A DNA stretch of 64,000 nt. It comes from an uncultured Gemmatimonadales bacterium. GTDB lineage: Bacteria > Gemmatimonadota > Gemmatimonadetes > Gemmatimonadales > GWC2-71-9. The position numbers and the translations under genes were made by a program. Below the pieces are notes generated by a model, which was not told where the DNA came from, searched no databases, and saw only the letters and a program-made list of their open reading frames with translations. The first letter of the stretch is position 1, and each line of letters opens with the position of its first letter. Of the stretch, positions 31,425 through 46,875 are shown in pieces. Location of the stretch: contig CAVVKJ010000014.1 in assembly GCA_963748815.1 (NCBI GenBank), positions 32,001 through 96,000 on the forward strand, written 5' to 3'.

Positions 31425-34400
31425 CATCTCCTCCATTCTCCTGATCGGTTCCGGCCCCATCATCATCGGGCAGGGCGCCGAGTTCGACTACTCCGGCACG
31501 CAGGCGGTGCGGGCGCTGAAGGAGGAGGGGTACCGGGTCATCCTGGTGAACTCGAACCCCGCCACGATCATGACCGATCCCGAGCTGGCGGACCGGACCT
31601 ACGTGGAGCCGGTCACGCCGGAGTGGGTGGCCCGGGTCATCGAGCGGGAGCGGCCGGATGCGCTCCTCCCGACGATGGGTGGGCAGACGGCGCTGAACGT
31701 GGCGATGGCCCTGGCGAACGACGGGACGCTGGAGAAGTACGGCGTGGAGCTGATCGGCGCCGACGCCCGCGCCATCGGCCTGGCGGAGGACCGTGAGCAG
31801 TTCGCGCAGGCGATGCGCCGCCTGGGCCTGGCGACCCCGGCGGGACGGACGGTGCGGACCCTCGACGAGGCGTTCGCGCAGGTCGCGGAGACGGGGTATC
31901 CCGCCATCGTGCGCCCGTCGTTCACGCTCGGGGGCTCGGGGGGCGGCATCGCCTACAACCGCGCGGAGTTCGAGGCGCTGGTCGAGCACGGGCTCGAGCT
32001 GTCGCCGGTCGGGTCGGTCCTGATCGAGAAGAGCGTCATCGGCTGGAAGGAGTTCGAGCTCGAGGTGATGCGCGACGCCGCGGACAACGTGGTGATCGTC
32101 TGCTCCATCGAGAACATCGACCCGATGGGCGTCCACACCGGCGATTCGATCACCGTGGCGCCGGCCATGACCCTCACCGACCGTGAATACCAGACCATGC
32201 GCGACAGCGCCCTCGCCATCATCCGCGAAGTCGGCGTGGCGGCGGGCGGGTGCAACATCCAGTTCGCCGTGGACCCCGCCACCGGCGAGCAGCTGGTCAT
32301 CGAAATGAACCCCCGGGTCTCGCGGTCGTCGGCGCTCGCCTCCAAGGCCACCGGCTTCCCGATCGCGCGGATCGGCGCCAAGCTCGCGGTAGGGTACCGC
32401 CTCGACGAACTGTCCAACGACATCACCAAGACCACGCCGGCCTCGTTCGAGCCGGTGCTGGACTACGTGGTGGTCAAGGTGCCGCGGTTCGCATTCGAGA
32501 AGTTCCCGACGGCCGATCCGACCCTGACGACGCAGATGAAGTCCGTCGGCGAGGTGATGGCCATCGGCCGGACCTTCAAGGAGGCCTTCCAGAAGGGGAT
32601 GCGCGGCCTCGAGATCGACCGGATCGGCTGGGTCGCCGGTGCCACCCCCGCCGCCGACCGCCTCGACGACGGCGGCATGGACACCGTCAAGGCGGCGCTC
32701 CGCCGGCCGACCCCTGAACGGATCTTCCAGATCAAGCGGGCGCTGGCGGGCGGCGTGCCCGCGGCGGAGGTCGCCGAGCGGACGGGGATGGATCCCTGGT
32801 TCATCGACCAGTTCGCGGAACTCGTGGAGGCGGAAGCCGCGTGGGCCACGGCCCCGGACGCCCTGGGCCCCGAATCGTTGCGCGCGATGAAGCGGATGGG
32901 CTTTTCCGACGCCCAGCTCGGCCGCATCCGCGGCATGCCGGAGGAGGACATCCGCACCCTCCGGCACCAGCACGGCATCCGGCCGGTCTTCAAGATGGTG
33001 GACACCTGCGCCGGCGAGTTCCCCTCGGCGACGCCCTACCTCTACTCCTGCTACGACGAGGAGAACGAGTCGATCCCCGACGGCCGCAAGACCGTCATCA
33101 TCCTCGGCAGCGGCCCGAACCGGATCGGGCAGGGGGTCGAGTTCGATTACTGCTGCGTCCGCGCCGTGCTCGCCTTCCGGGAGCTCGGCTTTCGAACGGT
33201 CATGGTCAACTCGAATCCCGAGACGGTCTCCACCGACTTCGACATCTCCGACGCACTGTACTTCGAGCCGCTGACGCTCGAGGATGTGCTGGAAATCGTG
33301 CACGTCGAGAAGCCGATGGGGGTGGTGGTGCAGCTCGGCGGCCAGACGCCTCTCCGGCTGGCGCGCGGGCTCGAGGCCGCGGGCGTGCCGATCCTCGGGA
33401 CGTCGCCGGAGGCGATCGACGAGGCGGAAGATCGCGGGCGGTTCGAGGCCATGGCGCGGGAACTCGGCGTCGCGCAGCCGCCGAGCGGCACCGCCATGTC
33501 GGTCGAGGAGGCCGCCGCGGTCGCCGACCGGATCGGGTATCCGATCCTGGTGCGGCCCTCCTACGTGCTGGGCGGGCGCGGGATGCAGATCATTTACGAC
33601 CTCGAGTCGCTCCAGCGCTACTTTGCCCAGGCCACGCGGGTGACGCCGGAGCACCCGGTGCTCATCGACAGCTTCCTCGAGGACGCGTTCGAAGCGGACG
33701 TGGACGCGATCTGCGACGGCACGCAGTGCATCATCGGCGGCGTCATGCAGCATATCGAGGACGCCGGCATCCACTCCGGCGACTCCGCCTGCGTGCTGCC
33801 GCCGTACCTGATCACCGAGGACCAGGTCGAGGAGATGCGGCGCCACACCCGGGCCTTCGCGCTGCGGCTGGGGGTCGTCGGCCTCATCAACGTCCAGTAC
33901 GCCATCAAGCACGGCCAGGTGTACGTGCTCGAGGTGAATCCCCGGGGATCGCGCACCGTTCCCTTCGTCTCCAAGACGACGGGCGTGCCGCTCCCCTGGC
34001 TCGCCGCGGCGGTCATGGCGGGGCGCACGCTCGAGTCGCTCGGCCTGCACGACGACGTCATCCAGCCCTATGTGGCGGTCAAGGAGGCGGTCTTCCCCTT
34101 CAACAAGCTGCCGGGGGTGGACCTCATCCTCGGGCCGGAGATGCGGTCGACCGGCGAGGTCATGGGAATCGCCGATTCCTTCGGGATGGCCTTTGCCAAG
34201 GCGCAGATCAGCGCCGACGGCGCGCTGCCGCTGGAGGGCACCGTGTTCGTGACCGTCAACGACCACGACAAGCAGACCGTCGTCCCGATCGTCCGGCGTT
34301 TCCACGAACTGGGATTCCGCATCGTGGCCACCGAGGGCACCGCCCGCCACCTCCGGAGCCGGGGCATCCCGGCGGAACGGGTGCTGAAGGTCCACGAAGG

Positions 34401-34659
34401 GCGGCCCAACGCCATCGACATGATTCTCTCGGGCGATGTGCAGCTGCTCATCAACACGCCGCTCGGCAAGCTGACGCAGCAGGACGACTACCTGATGCGC
34501 CGCGCGGCGCTCCAGCACCGGACGCCGTACACCACGACACTGTCGGCGGCCTCCGCCGCCTGCGACGCCGTCATCGCGCTCCGCAGCCGGGCGCGGACCG
34601 TCCGCTCCCTCCAGGAATGGCACGCCATGGCCCGTGAGGCCACCGCGGAATCGGTGTGA
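31408..34659 (+). CDS. carB: carbamoyl-phosphate synthase large subunit
   Basis: [27 protein letters not shown], two ATP-grasp domains and an MGS domain. Confidence 0.97.
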   Translation: MPKRTDISSILLIGSGPIIIGQGAEFDYSGTQAVRALKEEGYRVILVNSNPATIMTDPELADRTYVEPVTPEWVARVIERERPDALLPTMGGQTALNVAMALANDGTLEKYGVELIGADARAIGLAEDREQFAQAMRRLGLATPAGRTVRTLDEAFAQVAETGYPAIVRPSFTLGGSGGGIAYNRAEFEALVEHGLELSPVGSVLIEKSVIGWKEFELEVMRDAADNVVIVCSIENIDPMGVHTGDSITVAPAMTLTDREYQTMRDSALAIIREVGVAAGGCNIQFAVDPATGEQLVIEMNPRVSRSSALASKATGFPIARIGAKLAVGYRLDELSNDITKTTPASFEPVLDYVVVKVPRFAFEKFPTADPTLTTQMKSVGEVMAIGRTFKEAFQKGMRGLEIDRIGWVAGATPAADRLDDGGMDTVKAALRRPTPERIFQIKRALAGGVPAAEVAERTGMDPWFIDQFAELVEAEAAWATAPDALGPESLRAMKRMGFSDAQLGRIRGMPEEDIRTLRHQHGIRPVFKMVDTCAGEFPSATPYLYSCYDEENESIPDGRKTVIILGSGPNRIGQGVEFDYCCVRAVLAFRELGFRTVMVNSNPETVSTDFDISDALYFEPLTLEDVLEIVHVEKPMGVVVQLGGQTPLRLARGLEAAGVPILGTSPEAIDEAEDRGRFEAMARELGVAQPPSGTAMSVEEAAAVADRIGYPILVRPSYVLGGRGMQIIYDLESLQRYFAQATRVTPEHPVLIDSFLEDAFEADVDAICDGTQCIIGGVMQHIEDAGIHSGDSACVLPPYLITEDQVEEMRRHTRAFALRLGVVGLINVQYAIKHGQVYVLEVNPRGSRTVPFVSKTTGVPLPWLAAAVMAGRTLESLGLHDDVIQPYVAVKEAVFPFNKLPGVDLILGPEMRSTGEVMGIADSFGMAFAKAQISADGALPLEGTVFVTVNDHDKQTVVPIVRRFHELGFRIVATEGTARHLRSRGIPAERVLKVHEGRPNAIDMILSGDVQLLINTPLGKLTQQDDYLMRRAALQHRTPYTTTLSAASAACDAVIALRSRARTVRSLQEWHAMAREATAESV

Positions 34660-35624
34660 CGACCGCCCGCGATCCCGGGTTCATCGCGTCGCTCCGTGGG
34701 CAGGTGCGGGGAGAGGTGCGCGCCGAGGAGCCGCTGGCCAGGTACTCGACCTATCGAATCGGCGGACCGGCCACCGTGCTCCTGCCCGCGGTCGAGGAGG
34801 ACGTGGGCGTGGCGCTTCGCGCGGCGGCCGCGGCTGGCATCCCCTGGTTCGCGGTGGGCCTCGGCTCCAACATCCTTCTCCCCGATGAGGGGATGGACGC
34901 GCTCGTCATCCGCCTCGGCAAGGGGCTCGACCGGCTCGACCAGGACGGGGCGCAGTGGACCGTGGGGGCCGGGCTGCCGGCGCCGCTCGCGGCGCGGCGC
35001 ACCGCGGCCGGCGGGTGGTTCGGCCTGCACAAGTTCGTCGGCGTGCCGGGCACCGCGGGAGGCGGGGTGTACATGAACGCCGGCTGTCACGGGGCGGAGT
35101 GGTCGGATTTCGTGGCATCGGTCCTCGTGGTGGACGCCACCGGGACCGACCGCGTCCTTCCGCGTGCCGAAATCCCCTTTGCCTACCGCCAGAGCGGTCT
35201 CGCGGGGCAGGTGGTCCTCGCGGCGACCGTGCGCCTTCGGCCGGAGGATCCGGCGGTCATCGAGGCGGAACTGGCGGAGCTCTTCAAGTGGCGCTCCGAA
35301 GGCACGCCGTTCAACCAGCCCTGCTGCGGGAGCGTCTTCCGAAATCCGGGAGGGGCCTCCTGGCATCAGGAGGGAGGTCCCCGGACGGCGGGGCAGCTGA
35401 TCGAGGCTGCCGGGCTGAAGGGGTTCCGGGTGGGAGGTGCCGAAATTTCTCCCAGGCACGCCAACTACTTCGTGAACACCGGCGGCGCGACCGCCGCCGA
35501 CATCCGGGCGTTGATTGCGCACGCCCAGGCCAGGGTCCGGGACCAGTTCGGCGCGGCGCTCGAGACCGAAGTGAAGCTGATCAACCCGGACGGTCGCGCC
35601 GACACGCTCCCTCCCCCCCGCTGA
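34656..35624 (+). CDS. murB: UDP-N-acetylenolpyruvoylglucosamine reductase
   Basis: RIGGPA, GSN, PGTAGG..MNAG, GSVFRNP, HANYFVN and LETEV motifs. Confidence 0.93.
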   Translation: MTTARDPGFIASLRGQVRGEVRAEEPLARYSTYRIGGPATVLLPAVEEDVGVALRAAAAAGIPWFAVGLGSNILLPDEGMDALVIRLGKGLDRLDQDGAQWTVGAGLPAPLAARRTAAGGWFGLHKFVGVPGTAGGGVYMNAGCHGAEWSDFVASVLVVDATGTDRVLPRAEIPFAYRQSGLAGQVVLAATVRLRPEDPAVIEAELAELFKWRSEGTPFNQPCCGSVFRNPGGASWHQEGGPRTAGQLIEAAGLKGFRVGGAEISPRHANYFVNTGGATAADIRALIAHAQARVRDQFGAALETEVKLINPDGRADTLPPPR

Positions 35625-35635
35625 CGGAAACTCCC

Positions 35636-36226
35636 ATGCCCGACTATTTCGTCCACGAATCCAGCTATGTCGATGAGGGCGCCGTCGTCGGCGCCGGGAC
35701 CAGCATCTGGCATTTCAGCCACGTCATGCCGGGCGCGGTCATCGGGGAGCGATGCAACCTGGGCCAGAACGTGGTGGTGATGCCGCGGACACGCCTCGGG
35801 AATAACGTGAAGGTGCAGAACAACGTGTCGATCTACGAGGGAGTGGAACTCGACGACGACGTCTTCTGCGGGCCCAGCTGCGTCTTCACGAATGTGATCA
35901 ATCCGCGGAGCCACGTCTCCCGGAAGCACGAGTATCTGCCGACCCGCGTCGGGCGGGGGGCCACCATCGGTGCCAACGCCACGATCATCTGCGGGAGCAC
36001 CCTCGGGGCCTATGCCTTTGTCGGGGCGGGGGCGGTGGTTCGTGGCGAGGTGCCGGACTACGCCCTGGTGGTGGGAATGCCGGCTCGGCGCATCGGATGG
36101 ATGTGCCAGTGCGGGGTGCGTCTCCATCTCGCCGACGGCGCCGCCACCTGCGCCGCCTGCGGCAGCCAGTACCGCGAGGAGGGGGGGCTTCTGCGCCGCG
36201 TTGATTCTGCCCCTCGGCACGGCTAA
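35636..36226 (+). CDS. hexapeptide N-acetyltransferase (WbpD/WlbB-like)
   Basis: IWHFSHV, LGQNV, KVQNNVSIY, CGPSCVFTNVINPRS and C-terminal CQCG..CAACG. Confidence 0.88.
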   Translation: MPDYFVHESSYVDEGAVVGAGTSIWHFSHVMPGAVIGERCNLGQNVVVMPRTRLGNNVKVQNNVSIYEGVELDDDVFCGPSCVFTNVINPRSHVSRKHEYLPTRVGRGATIGANATIICGSTLGAYAFVGAGAVVRGEVPDYALVVGMPARRIGWMCQCGVRLHLADGAATCAACGSQYREEGGLLRRVDSAPRHG

Positions 36227-36301
36227 GTTTGTTGGTTGCCGTAGGTTAGAGAAATCCAACCGGCCGGAGGCCCCGCCTCCTGCCCCGCGAGGGACCGTCC
36301 C

Positions 36302-37420
36302 GTGAACGTGCCGCTGCTTGATCTCGTCGCCCAGCACCAGGGCATCAAGGACGCCGTCCTGCCGGCGGTCATGAGCGTCATCGAACGACAGGGCTTCATC
36401 ATGGGGCCCGAAGTGGCGCAGCTCGAGGCCCAGGTGGCCAGGCTTTCCGGGGCGAAGCACGGCATCGCCTGCGCGAGCGGCACCGACGCGTTGCTCATTC
36501 CCCTCCGGGCCCTCGGGCTGAAGCCAGGCGACGAAGTCATCGCGCCCGCATTCACCTTCTTTGCCACCGCCGGCGCCATCCACAACGCGGGCGGACGCCC
36601 GGTCTTCGTGGACATCGAACCGGGCACCTTCAATGTCGACCCGGCCGCGGTGGCGGCCGCCATCACCCCGCGGACGCGCGCCATCGTCCTGGTCCACATC
36701 TTCGGGCAGATGGCCGATGTCGGGGCCCTCGCGGCGCTGGCCCGGAAGCACAACCTCATGCTGGTGGAAGACGCCGCGCAGGCCATCGGGGCCCGCCGGA
36801 AGGTGGACGGGACCTGGCGCGCGGCGGGCGAGGTCGGCACCGTCGGCTCGTTCTCGTTCTTCCCGACGAAGAACCTCGGCGCCTGGGGCGACGGCGGCAT
36901 GATGGTCGCCCAGGACGACAGCCTCGCCGACCGGCTCCGCCGGGAGCGCCTGCACGGCGGGGCCCGCGAGTATTACCACGACGAGGTCGGGCTCAACAGC
37001 CGGCTCGACTCGCTGCAGGCCGCGGTTCTCCTGGCCAAGCTGCCCTACCTGGCGGCGTGGGGAGATCGGCGCCGTGCAATCGCGGCGCAGTATTCCGAGG
37101 CGTTGGCCGGCGTGGCAGGGGTGACGCCGCCTCCCGTGGATCCGGCCAACGAGCACATCTTCCACCAGTACACCATCCGTGCCGACCGGCGGGAGGCCCT
37201 GCTGGCCCACCTGAAGTCGCGCGGCATCGGCCACAAGGTGTACTACCCGCTCGCGCTGCACATGCAGCCCTGCTTCGCCTTCCTGGGTACGGGGAAGGGG
37301 GCGCTGCCGGTCACTGAGCGAGCGACGGAGGAAGTCGTTTCGCTGCCGATCTATCCTGAGCTCACCTCCGCCCAAATCGACGCCGTGATCGCGGCCGTCC
37401 GGGAGTTCTACCAGGGATGA
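36302..37420 (+). CDS. DegT/DnrJ/EryC1/StrS aminotransferase (WbpE-like)
   Basis: SGTDAL, FTFFATA, EDAAQA, SFFPTKNLG and NSRLD motifs. Confidence 0.9.
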   Translation: MNVPLLDLVAQHQGIKDAVLPAVMSVIERQGFIMGPEVAQLEAQVARLSGAKHGIACASGTDALLIPLRALGLKPGDEVIAPAFTFFATAGAIHNAGGRPVFVDIEPGTFNVDPAAVAAAITPRTRAIVLVHIFGQMADVGALAALARKHNLMLVEDAAQAIGARRKVDGTWRAAGEVGTVGSFSFFPTKNLGAWGDGGMMVAQDDSLADRLRRERLHGGAREYYHDEVGLNSRLDSLQAAVLLAKLPYLAAWGDRRRAIAAQYSEALAGVAGVTPPPVDPANEHIFHQYTIRADRREALLAHLKSRGIGHKVYYPLALHMQPCFAFLGTGKGALPVTERATEEVVSLPIYPELTSAQIDAVIAAVREFYQG

Positions 37421-38708
37421 CCAACACCACCGTCCAGGACATCATCGCCAAGGCCGAGCGACGCGAGGCGCTGTTCGGCGTCGTCGGCCTCGGGTACGTC
37501 GGACTCCCCCTGGTCATCGAGCTGGCCCGGGCCGGCTACAAGGTGCTCGGCTTCGACATCCTCCCGCACGTGGTCGAGGGGCTGAACGCCGGCCGCTCCC
37601 ATGTGAAGGACATCACCGACGCCGCCCTGAAAGAGGTGCTGGCCAAGGGGCTGTTCGAGGCGACCACCGACCTCAGCCGCATGGGCGAGCCCGACGCGAT
37701 CTCGATCGCAGTGCCCACGCCGCTCTCGAAGTTCAAGGACCCCGACGTCAGCTTCATCCAGGCGTCCACGGAGTCCGTGCGCAAGACGCTGCGGCGGGGC
37801 CAGGTCATCATCCTGGAGAGCACCACCTACCCCGGCACCACGCGGGAGCTGATGCTGCCGGCGCTGGAGAGCACCGGGCTGCAGGTGGGCAAGGACTTCT
37901 TCCTCTCGTTCAGTCCGGAGCGTGTGGACCCGGGCAATGCGGTCTACGGCACGCGCAACACGCCCAAGGTGGTCGGCGGCATCACCCCCGACTGCCTGAA
38001 GGTGACGCTGGCGCTCTACCAGCCGGCCATGGACACCCTGGTTCCGGTGTCGTCGCCGGAGGCGGCGGAGCTCACCAAGATCCTGGAAAACACCTTTCGC
38101 AGCGTCAACATCGGCCTGGTGAACGAGACCGCCATCGTCTGCGACAAGCTGGGCGTGGATGTGTGGGAGGTCATCGAGGCGGCGGCCACCAAGCCGTTCG
38201 GCTTCATGAAGTTTCTTCCCGGCCCCGGGCTGGGCGGACACTGCATCCCGATCGACCCGCACTACCTCGCGTGGAAGATGCGCGGGCTCAACTACAAGAC
38301 CCGCTTCATCGACCTGGCCGGGCGAGGTGAACACCGAGATGCCGATGTTCTGGGTCCGGAAGGTCGCCGACGCCCTGAACAGCGTCGAGCCGGTCGGTGC
38401 GCGGCAGCCGGGTCCTCATCCTGGGCGTCGCCTACAAGCGGGACATCGACGACCTGCGCGAGAGTCCGGCGCTCGACATCATCCGTCTGCTCGAGCAGCA
38501 GGGGGCGCACGTCGAATTCCACGACCCGCACGTGAAGAGTTACCTGGAGGACGGCAAGACGGTGCACTCCGTGCCCCTGACGGTCGACACGGTGAAGGCC
38601 GCGGACTGCGTGATGGTGGTGACCGACCACACCGCCACGGACTACGCGATGGTGAAGCGGCACGCGCAGCTGGTCGTCGACACCCGCCACGTCATGCCGA
38701 GGGACTGA
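37417..38708 (+). CDS. UDP-N-acetyl-hexosamine dehydrogenase (WbpA/WecC-like), two +1 frameshifts near 38320 and 38390
   Basis: GLGYVGLP, ESTTYPGTT, SPERVDPG, GGHCIPIDP and DLRESP motifs. Confidence 0.88.
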
Positions 38709-38714
38709 GCCGAC

Positions 38715-40017
38715 GTGCGTGTGACGATCGTCGGGAGCGGGTACGTGGGCCTCGTGGCCGGCGCCTGCTTCGCCGAGACCGGCAACGACGTCGTCTGCGC
38801 CGACGTGGACGAGGAGAAGGTCGCGGGACTGCGGCGGAACGAACTCCCGATCTATGAACCGGGGCTCGAGCCGCTGGTGCGGAGGAATCAGGAGGAGGGG
38901 CGGCTTGCCTTCACGACCGACATCGGGGCGGCGGTGGAGCGCGCCCAGGTGGTCTTCATCGCCGTGGGGACGCCGGAGGGGGAGGACGGCTCGGCCGACC
39001 TGCACCACGTGCTGGACGTGGCGCGGGTCATCGGCAAGCACCTGAACGGCCCCAAGGTGATCGCCACCAAGTCCACCGTCCCGGTCGGGACGGCGGAGCT
39101 GGTGCGGGAGGCGATTCGCGCGGGGTCGAGCGAGGCCGTTCTCCGTCTGCGCCAATCCGGAGTTCCTGAAGGAGGGGGCGGCGGTCGAGGACTTCATGCA
39201 CCCCGACCGGGTGGTGGTCGGCGTCGACGACGACCGCGCCCGCGAGGCGATGGCGCAGCTCTACGGGCCGTTCTTCCGGAAGAGCGACCGGATCCTGTTC
39301 ATGGACATCCCGTCGGCGGAGGTCACGAAGTACGCCGCCAACGCGATGCTGGCCACGCGCATCTCGTTCATGAACCAGATCGCGAACCTCTGCGAGCGCG
39401 TCGGGGCGGACGTCACCAGCGTCCGGCGGGGCATCGGCACCGACCAGCGCATCGGGCCGGCGTTCCTGTTTCCCGGTCCCGGCTACGGCGGCGCCTGCTT
39501 CCCGAAGGACGTCAAGGCGCTGATCCGGACCGCGCGCGATGCCCACGCCCCCGCCGACCTCTTCGAGGCGGTCGAGACGGTCAACCTGCGGCAGAAGCAG
39601 GTGCTCCTCGGCAAGGTGGCCGCGGCGTTCGGTGGGGTGCTCGAGGGCAAAATCGTGGCGCTCTGGGGTCTCGCCTTCAAGGCCGAGACCGACGACGTCC
39701 GGGAGAGCCCGGCCATTCCGCTCATCGAGGGGCTGCTGGCGCGCGGGGCCCGCGTGGTGGCGCACGACCCGCACGCGATGGAGAACGCCCGGAAGCGCTT
39801 CGGCGATCGCATCAGCTTTGCCGCCGACCCGTACGCCGCCGCCCACGGGGCGGACGCCCTCGTCATCGTCACCGAGTGGCTGGTGTACCGGAACCCCGAC
39901 TTCGAGCGGTTGCTGGCCGAGCTGCGGGGCCGGGTCCTGGTCGACGGCCGTAACTTGTACGACGCGGCGCGCATGCGCGCCCTGGGATTTTCCTACGCCT
40001 CCATCGGCCGGCCATGA
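38715..40017 (+). CDS. ugd: UDP-glucose 6-dehydrogenase, frameshift near 39130
   Basis: GSGYVGL, KSTVPVGT, NPEFLKEG, GYGGACFPKD and DDVRESP motifs. Confidence 0.88.
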
Positions 40018-40742
40018 GTGCCCGGCCCGGGAGCAGCATGAACGTCAGCCCTGAGCACCTGATCCAGCAGGCCCGCGAGCGCTTTGCGCTGCAGGACTAC
40101 CGCGGCGCCGCCTACCTCCTCGAGGAGGTGGTGGCCGGTGGCCGTGCGTTCGCGGACGTCCACCACCTGCTCGGCGTCTCGTATTCGCTGTTGAGCCTGC
40201 CGGACCGCGCCCTGGTCGAGTTCGACCGGGCGCTCGCGCTCAATCCGCGGTATCTCGAGGCCCTCATCCACCGCGGGATGATCCTGATGGACCTCGGCCG
40301 TCGCGAGGAGGCGGAGGCGTCGTTCCAGCTGGCCCAGCAGGGTGAACTGCTGACGGCCGGACTGCCGGCCCACGCCGCCGGCCGCCTGGCCAACCTCCAC
40401 GCCGCGGTCGCCGAGGCGTACGCCGAACTTGGCGCGTTGCAGCCCGCGATCGAGCAGCTCACGATCGCCACCAAGCTCGGGCCGAAATTTCCGGATCTTC
40501 GGTACCGGCTTGCGCGCCTGATGCTGGAGGCGGGGCAGACGCTGGAAGCGCGCGAAGAGCTGGAGCTCGTGGTCCGCACGCGGCCCAACTTCCTCGACGC
40601 CCTCGCCCTCCTCGGACTCGCCCGGTATCTCTCCGGCGACGCGGACGGCGCCGAGACCGTCTGGCGGGATTGCCTCACCCGCCGGCCGGAAGACGCCCGC
40701 GTGGAAGCGTACCTGGCCATGCTGAGCCGCGGCACCCGATGA
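40014..40742 (+). CDS. tetratricopeptide repeat protein
   Basis: FADVHHLLG, ALALNPRY, PKFPDLRYRLA and RPNFLDA TPR patterns. Confidence 0.85.
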   Translation: MSARPGSSMNVSPEHLIQQARERFALQDYRGAAYLLEEVVAGGRAFADVHHLLGVSYSLLSLPDRALVEFDRALALNPRYLEALIHRGMILMDLGRREEAEASFQLAQQGELLTAGLPAHAAGRLANLHAAVAEAYAELGALQPAIEQLTIATKLGPKFPDLRYRLARLMLEAGQTLEAREELELVVRTRPNFLDALALLGLARYLSGDADGAETVWRDCLTRRPEDARVEAYLAMLSRGTR

Positions 40743-41647
40743 CGCTGGCAGGGCGGTCGTGGCTGGGCATCCTGGCGCTGGGCGCCGTCGCCTGCGGCCC
40801 GGCCGGGGGGCCGGAGGGCGTGGCCGACCGGGAGTACGCCGAGGGCCGGTACCAGGAGGCCCTGGCGGTGTACGCCCCCCTCGCCGAGAGCCAGCCGTCC
40901 CCGGCCCTCTGGGCCAAGGTCGGCGCCACGGCGCTGCGGCTTGGCCAGCTGCGGGAAGCGACCGCGGCCTACCAGGCGCTCGCCACCACGGCCCCGGACC
41001 GGGCCGAGGAGGCGGCGGAGGGACTGGAGCGGGTCATCGTGGCGGCGGAGCGCCGGCGCGACGAGGTGGCGCTGGAGGAGGCGGTCACGGCGCTGCGTGC
41101 CGTCGCGCCCGAACGCCCGCTCGGCCGGCACGCCCTGAACCTGATGCAGGTTGTCGAGGGGCCGGTTACGCCGTCCGATTTCGCGGCGGCGCTCGCCGTG
41201 GCCTCTGATGCGCGCACGGTGGATTCGTTGCTCGTCCGACAGGCGAATGCCCTCGTCGGCACCGGCAACTGTGCCGCCGCCATCCCGCTCTACCAGGCCG
41301 CCGTTCGCCGCGCCGGGCGATCGGGAAGCCTCTCTGCGGAGTCGGGACTGGTGGACTGCTTCTTCCGGCTCGGCGCCGCGCAGCTGGTCACGGCGCCGGA
41401 CAGTGCGGAGGCGTGGTTTCGCAGCGCCACCGGCCTCGACTCGACCACCGCGGTCGGCCGGGCGGCGATGGTCGGACTTGGCGATGCGCGGCGGAGTCAG
41501 GGCGACCTGATCGGCGCCGCGCTCGCCTACCAGACCGTCCTCTCCAGCGGGGACCGGTCCGATTCGCTCTCCACCGTGGCCGCCGCCAGGCTCAACGCGC
41601 TGGTCTCGGCCGACGCGCCGGATTCACTTTCGACGGAAACGCCATGA
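40739..41647 (+). CDS. TPR-like lipoprotein
   Basis: AVAC lipobox; Ala-rich helical repeats. Confidence 0.7.
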   Translation: MTLAGRSWLGILALGAVACGPAGGPEGVADREYAEGRYQEALAVYAPLAESQPSPALWAKVGATALRLGQLREATAAYQALATTAPDRAEEAAEGLERVIVAAERRRDEVALEEAVTALRAVAPERPLGRHALNLMQVVEGPVTPSDFAAALAVASDARTVDSLLVRQANALVGTGNCAAAIPLYQAAVRRAGRSGSLSAESGLVDCFFRLGAAQLVTAPDSAEAWFRSATGLDSTTAVGRAAMVGLGDARRSQGDLIGAALAYQTVLSSGDRSDSLSTVAAARLNALVSADAPDSLSTETP

Positions 41648-42420
41648 CGTTGCGGTCACTGTTGTTCTGCGGAGTCCTCGCCGTCGCCGCCTGCAAGTCG
41701 GGCAGCGGCAGCGCCGCCCCCGATCTGGGCGCCGCGCCGGTCGACCCGACGCTCGCGGCCGCGCGCGGCGACTCGCTCTGGGACAAGGGCGTCAAGGATT
41801 TCCGGAAGGGGTACTACCACTCCGCTTCCGAGGCGCTGCAACGGGCGCTCCTCGAGTTCAACCCGGGCGATCCCCGCATTCCCCAGGCCCATTTCTACCT
41901 CGGGGAGGCGTACTTCGGCTCCGGCAGCCAGCTGCAGGCCGTCCGCGAGTTCCGGAAGGTGTCTGATGACTTTCCGAGCAACCCCCTCGCGCCCGACGCG
42001 CTCTACCGCGCCGGCGACGCCTATGCCGTCCTCTGGCGGAAGCCGGCCCTCGACCCGACGTACGGCAAGTCGGCCATCGCGACCTATACCGAGCTCCTGA
42101 ACCGCTATCCGGACTCGCCGGCCGCCGCCAAGGCGCGGGTGCAGCTGGCGGACCTGGCGGACAAGTTCGCCTACAAGGAGTGGGAAACCGCGAAGTACTA
42201 CATCCGCAACAAGGCGATCGACTCGGCCATCCTGTACATGCGCGCGCTGGTGGCGAGCTACCCGAACACCCCCTCGGCGCAGCAGGCGCTCGCGCAACTC
42301 GTCGTCACCTACCGCAGTCTCGGGTACGTCGAGGACGCGGCGGAGATGTGCGGCGCCCTGCGGCAGTACCACCCCGAGACCAAGAACCTCGACACGCTCT
42401 GCCCTGTCGGCGGCGGGTGA
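41644..42420 (+). CDS. bamD: outer membrane protein assembly factor BamD
   Basis: VAAC lipobox; FPSNPLA, LNRYPDS, AKYY and YPNTP repeats. Confidence 0.85.
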   Translation: MTLRSLLFCGVLAVAACKSGSGSAAPDLGAAPVDPTLAAARGDSLWDKGVKDFRKGYYHSASEALQRALLEFNPGDPRIPQAHFYLGEAYFGSGSQLQAVREFRKVSDDFPSNPLAPDALYRAGDAYAVLWRKPALDPTYGKSAIATYTELLNRYPDSPAAAKARVQLADLADKFAYKEWETAKYYIRNKAIDSAILYMRALVASYPNTPSAQQALAQLVVTYRSLGYVEDAAEMCGALRQYHPETKNLDTLCPVGGG

Positions 42421-42424
42421 ACGC

Positions 42425-42996
42425 GTGATCGGGCTGTTCGGGGGTTCGTTCGACCCGATCCACGCCGGACACCTGATCGTGGGACGGGCGGTGGCGGAAT
42501 TGCTCGGGCTCGAGGAACTGCGGTTCATGCCGACGGGGGAGCAGCCGCTGAAGCAGGGGCGGCACCAGGCCAGCGCCCGCCAGCGGATCGCGATGGTGGC
42601 CGCGGCCGTCGCGGGCGAGCCGGGCCTCGCTCTCGAAGCGAGCGAGGCGGAACGGCCCGGTCCGTCGTACACGGTGGACACCCTGCGGGCGCTCCGGGCG
42701 CGTGAGCCGGGGCGGGAATTCGTCGTGCTGCTCGGCGCCGATGCCGTCGCCGATCTCGACCGGTGGCACGAGGCGGCGGCCCTGCCGGGCCTCGCGCGGC
42801 TGGTCGCCTTTACCCGGGCGGGCGCTCCGCGTCCCGCCCACCCAATGCTCCACCAGGTGGTGGACGCACCCGCCGTCGAGATCTCCTCGACGGCCATCCG
42901 GCGGCGCGTGGCGGCCGGACGCTCGATTCGCTATCTCGTCCCCGACGCGGTCGCCGCGGTCATCGCGGCCCAGGGGCTGTACAGGAACGGACTGGA

Positions 42997-43000
<4 letters not shown>
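42425..43000 (+). CDS. nadD: nicotinate-nucleotide adenylyltransferase
   Basis: [22 protein letters not shown] and ISSTAIR motifs. Confidence 0.93.
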
Positions 43001-46134
<3,134 letters not shown>

Positions 46135-46191
46135 GGGGGCACGCGTGATTCGGGCCCCGTAAACTCGGCGGGCACGGCCTAACTTGTGGTC

Positions 46192-46875
46192 GTGCCCGCC
46201 TCCCTTTCCCCCCCGGCCGTCCCCGACCTCCCCCGGGAGCGGCTCTGGGCCCTCGGGCCCTCCGCGTTGACGCCGGGCGAACTTCTCGCCATCCTCCTAG
46301 GGACCGGCAGTTCCACCACAAGCGTGACCGAGGTCGCTGCCCGCCTCCTGGAGGCGGGGGGTGGGTCCTTGCGCCGCCTGGCCGCCCGCCCGCCGGCGGA
46401 GCTGCTCCAGGTCCCCGGGGTGGGCACCGCCAAGGGGGCACGGCTCCTCGCCGCGTTCGAGCTCGCGGCCCGGCTGGCCGGGGAAACCCGCCCCGCGCGG
46501 CCCCGGATCGGGGAGCCGGCGGACGTGGCTCGGCTGCTCGGGCCGCGGCTTCGCGATCTCGAGGTCGAGGAGTTCCGGCTGCTGGCGCTCGACAGCCAGA
46601 GCTGTGTCCTGCGGGAGGTCCTGGTCACCCGGGGACTGTTGAACAGCTCCCTGGTGCATCCCCGCGAGGTCTTCCGGCCCGCCATCGCGGAGGCGGCGGC
46701 GGGCATCATCGTGGTCCACAATCACCCGAGCGGGGATCCGACCCCCTCGGCCGAAGATCAGGCGGTGACCCGGCAGCTGGTGGCGGCCGGGCGCCTCCTG
46801 GACCTGCCGGTGTACGATCACGTCGTGATCGCCGGCGATCGTTTCGTCAGCTTTGCCACCGCAGGACTCCTGTGA
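46192..46875 (+). CDS. radC: RadC/UPF0758 JAB-domain protein
   Basis: PRERL, ELLAILLGTG, VHPREVF, HNHPSGDPTPS.ED and DHVVI motifs. Confidence 0.92.
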   Translation: MPASLSPPAVPDLPRERLWALGPSALTPGELLAILLGTGSSTTSVTEVAARLLEAGGGSLRRLAARPPAELLQVPGVGTAKGARLLAAFELAARLAGETRPARPRIGEPADVARLLGPRLRDLEVEEFRLLALDSQSCVLREVLVTRGLLNSSLVHPREVFRPAIAEAAAGIIVVHNHPSGDPTPSAEDQAVTRQLVAAGRLLDLPVYDHVVIAGDRFVSFATAGLL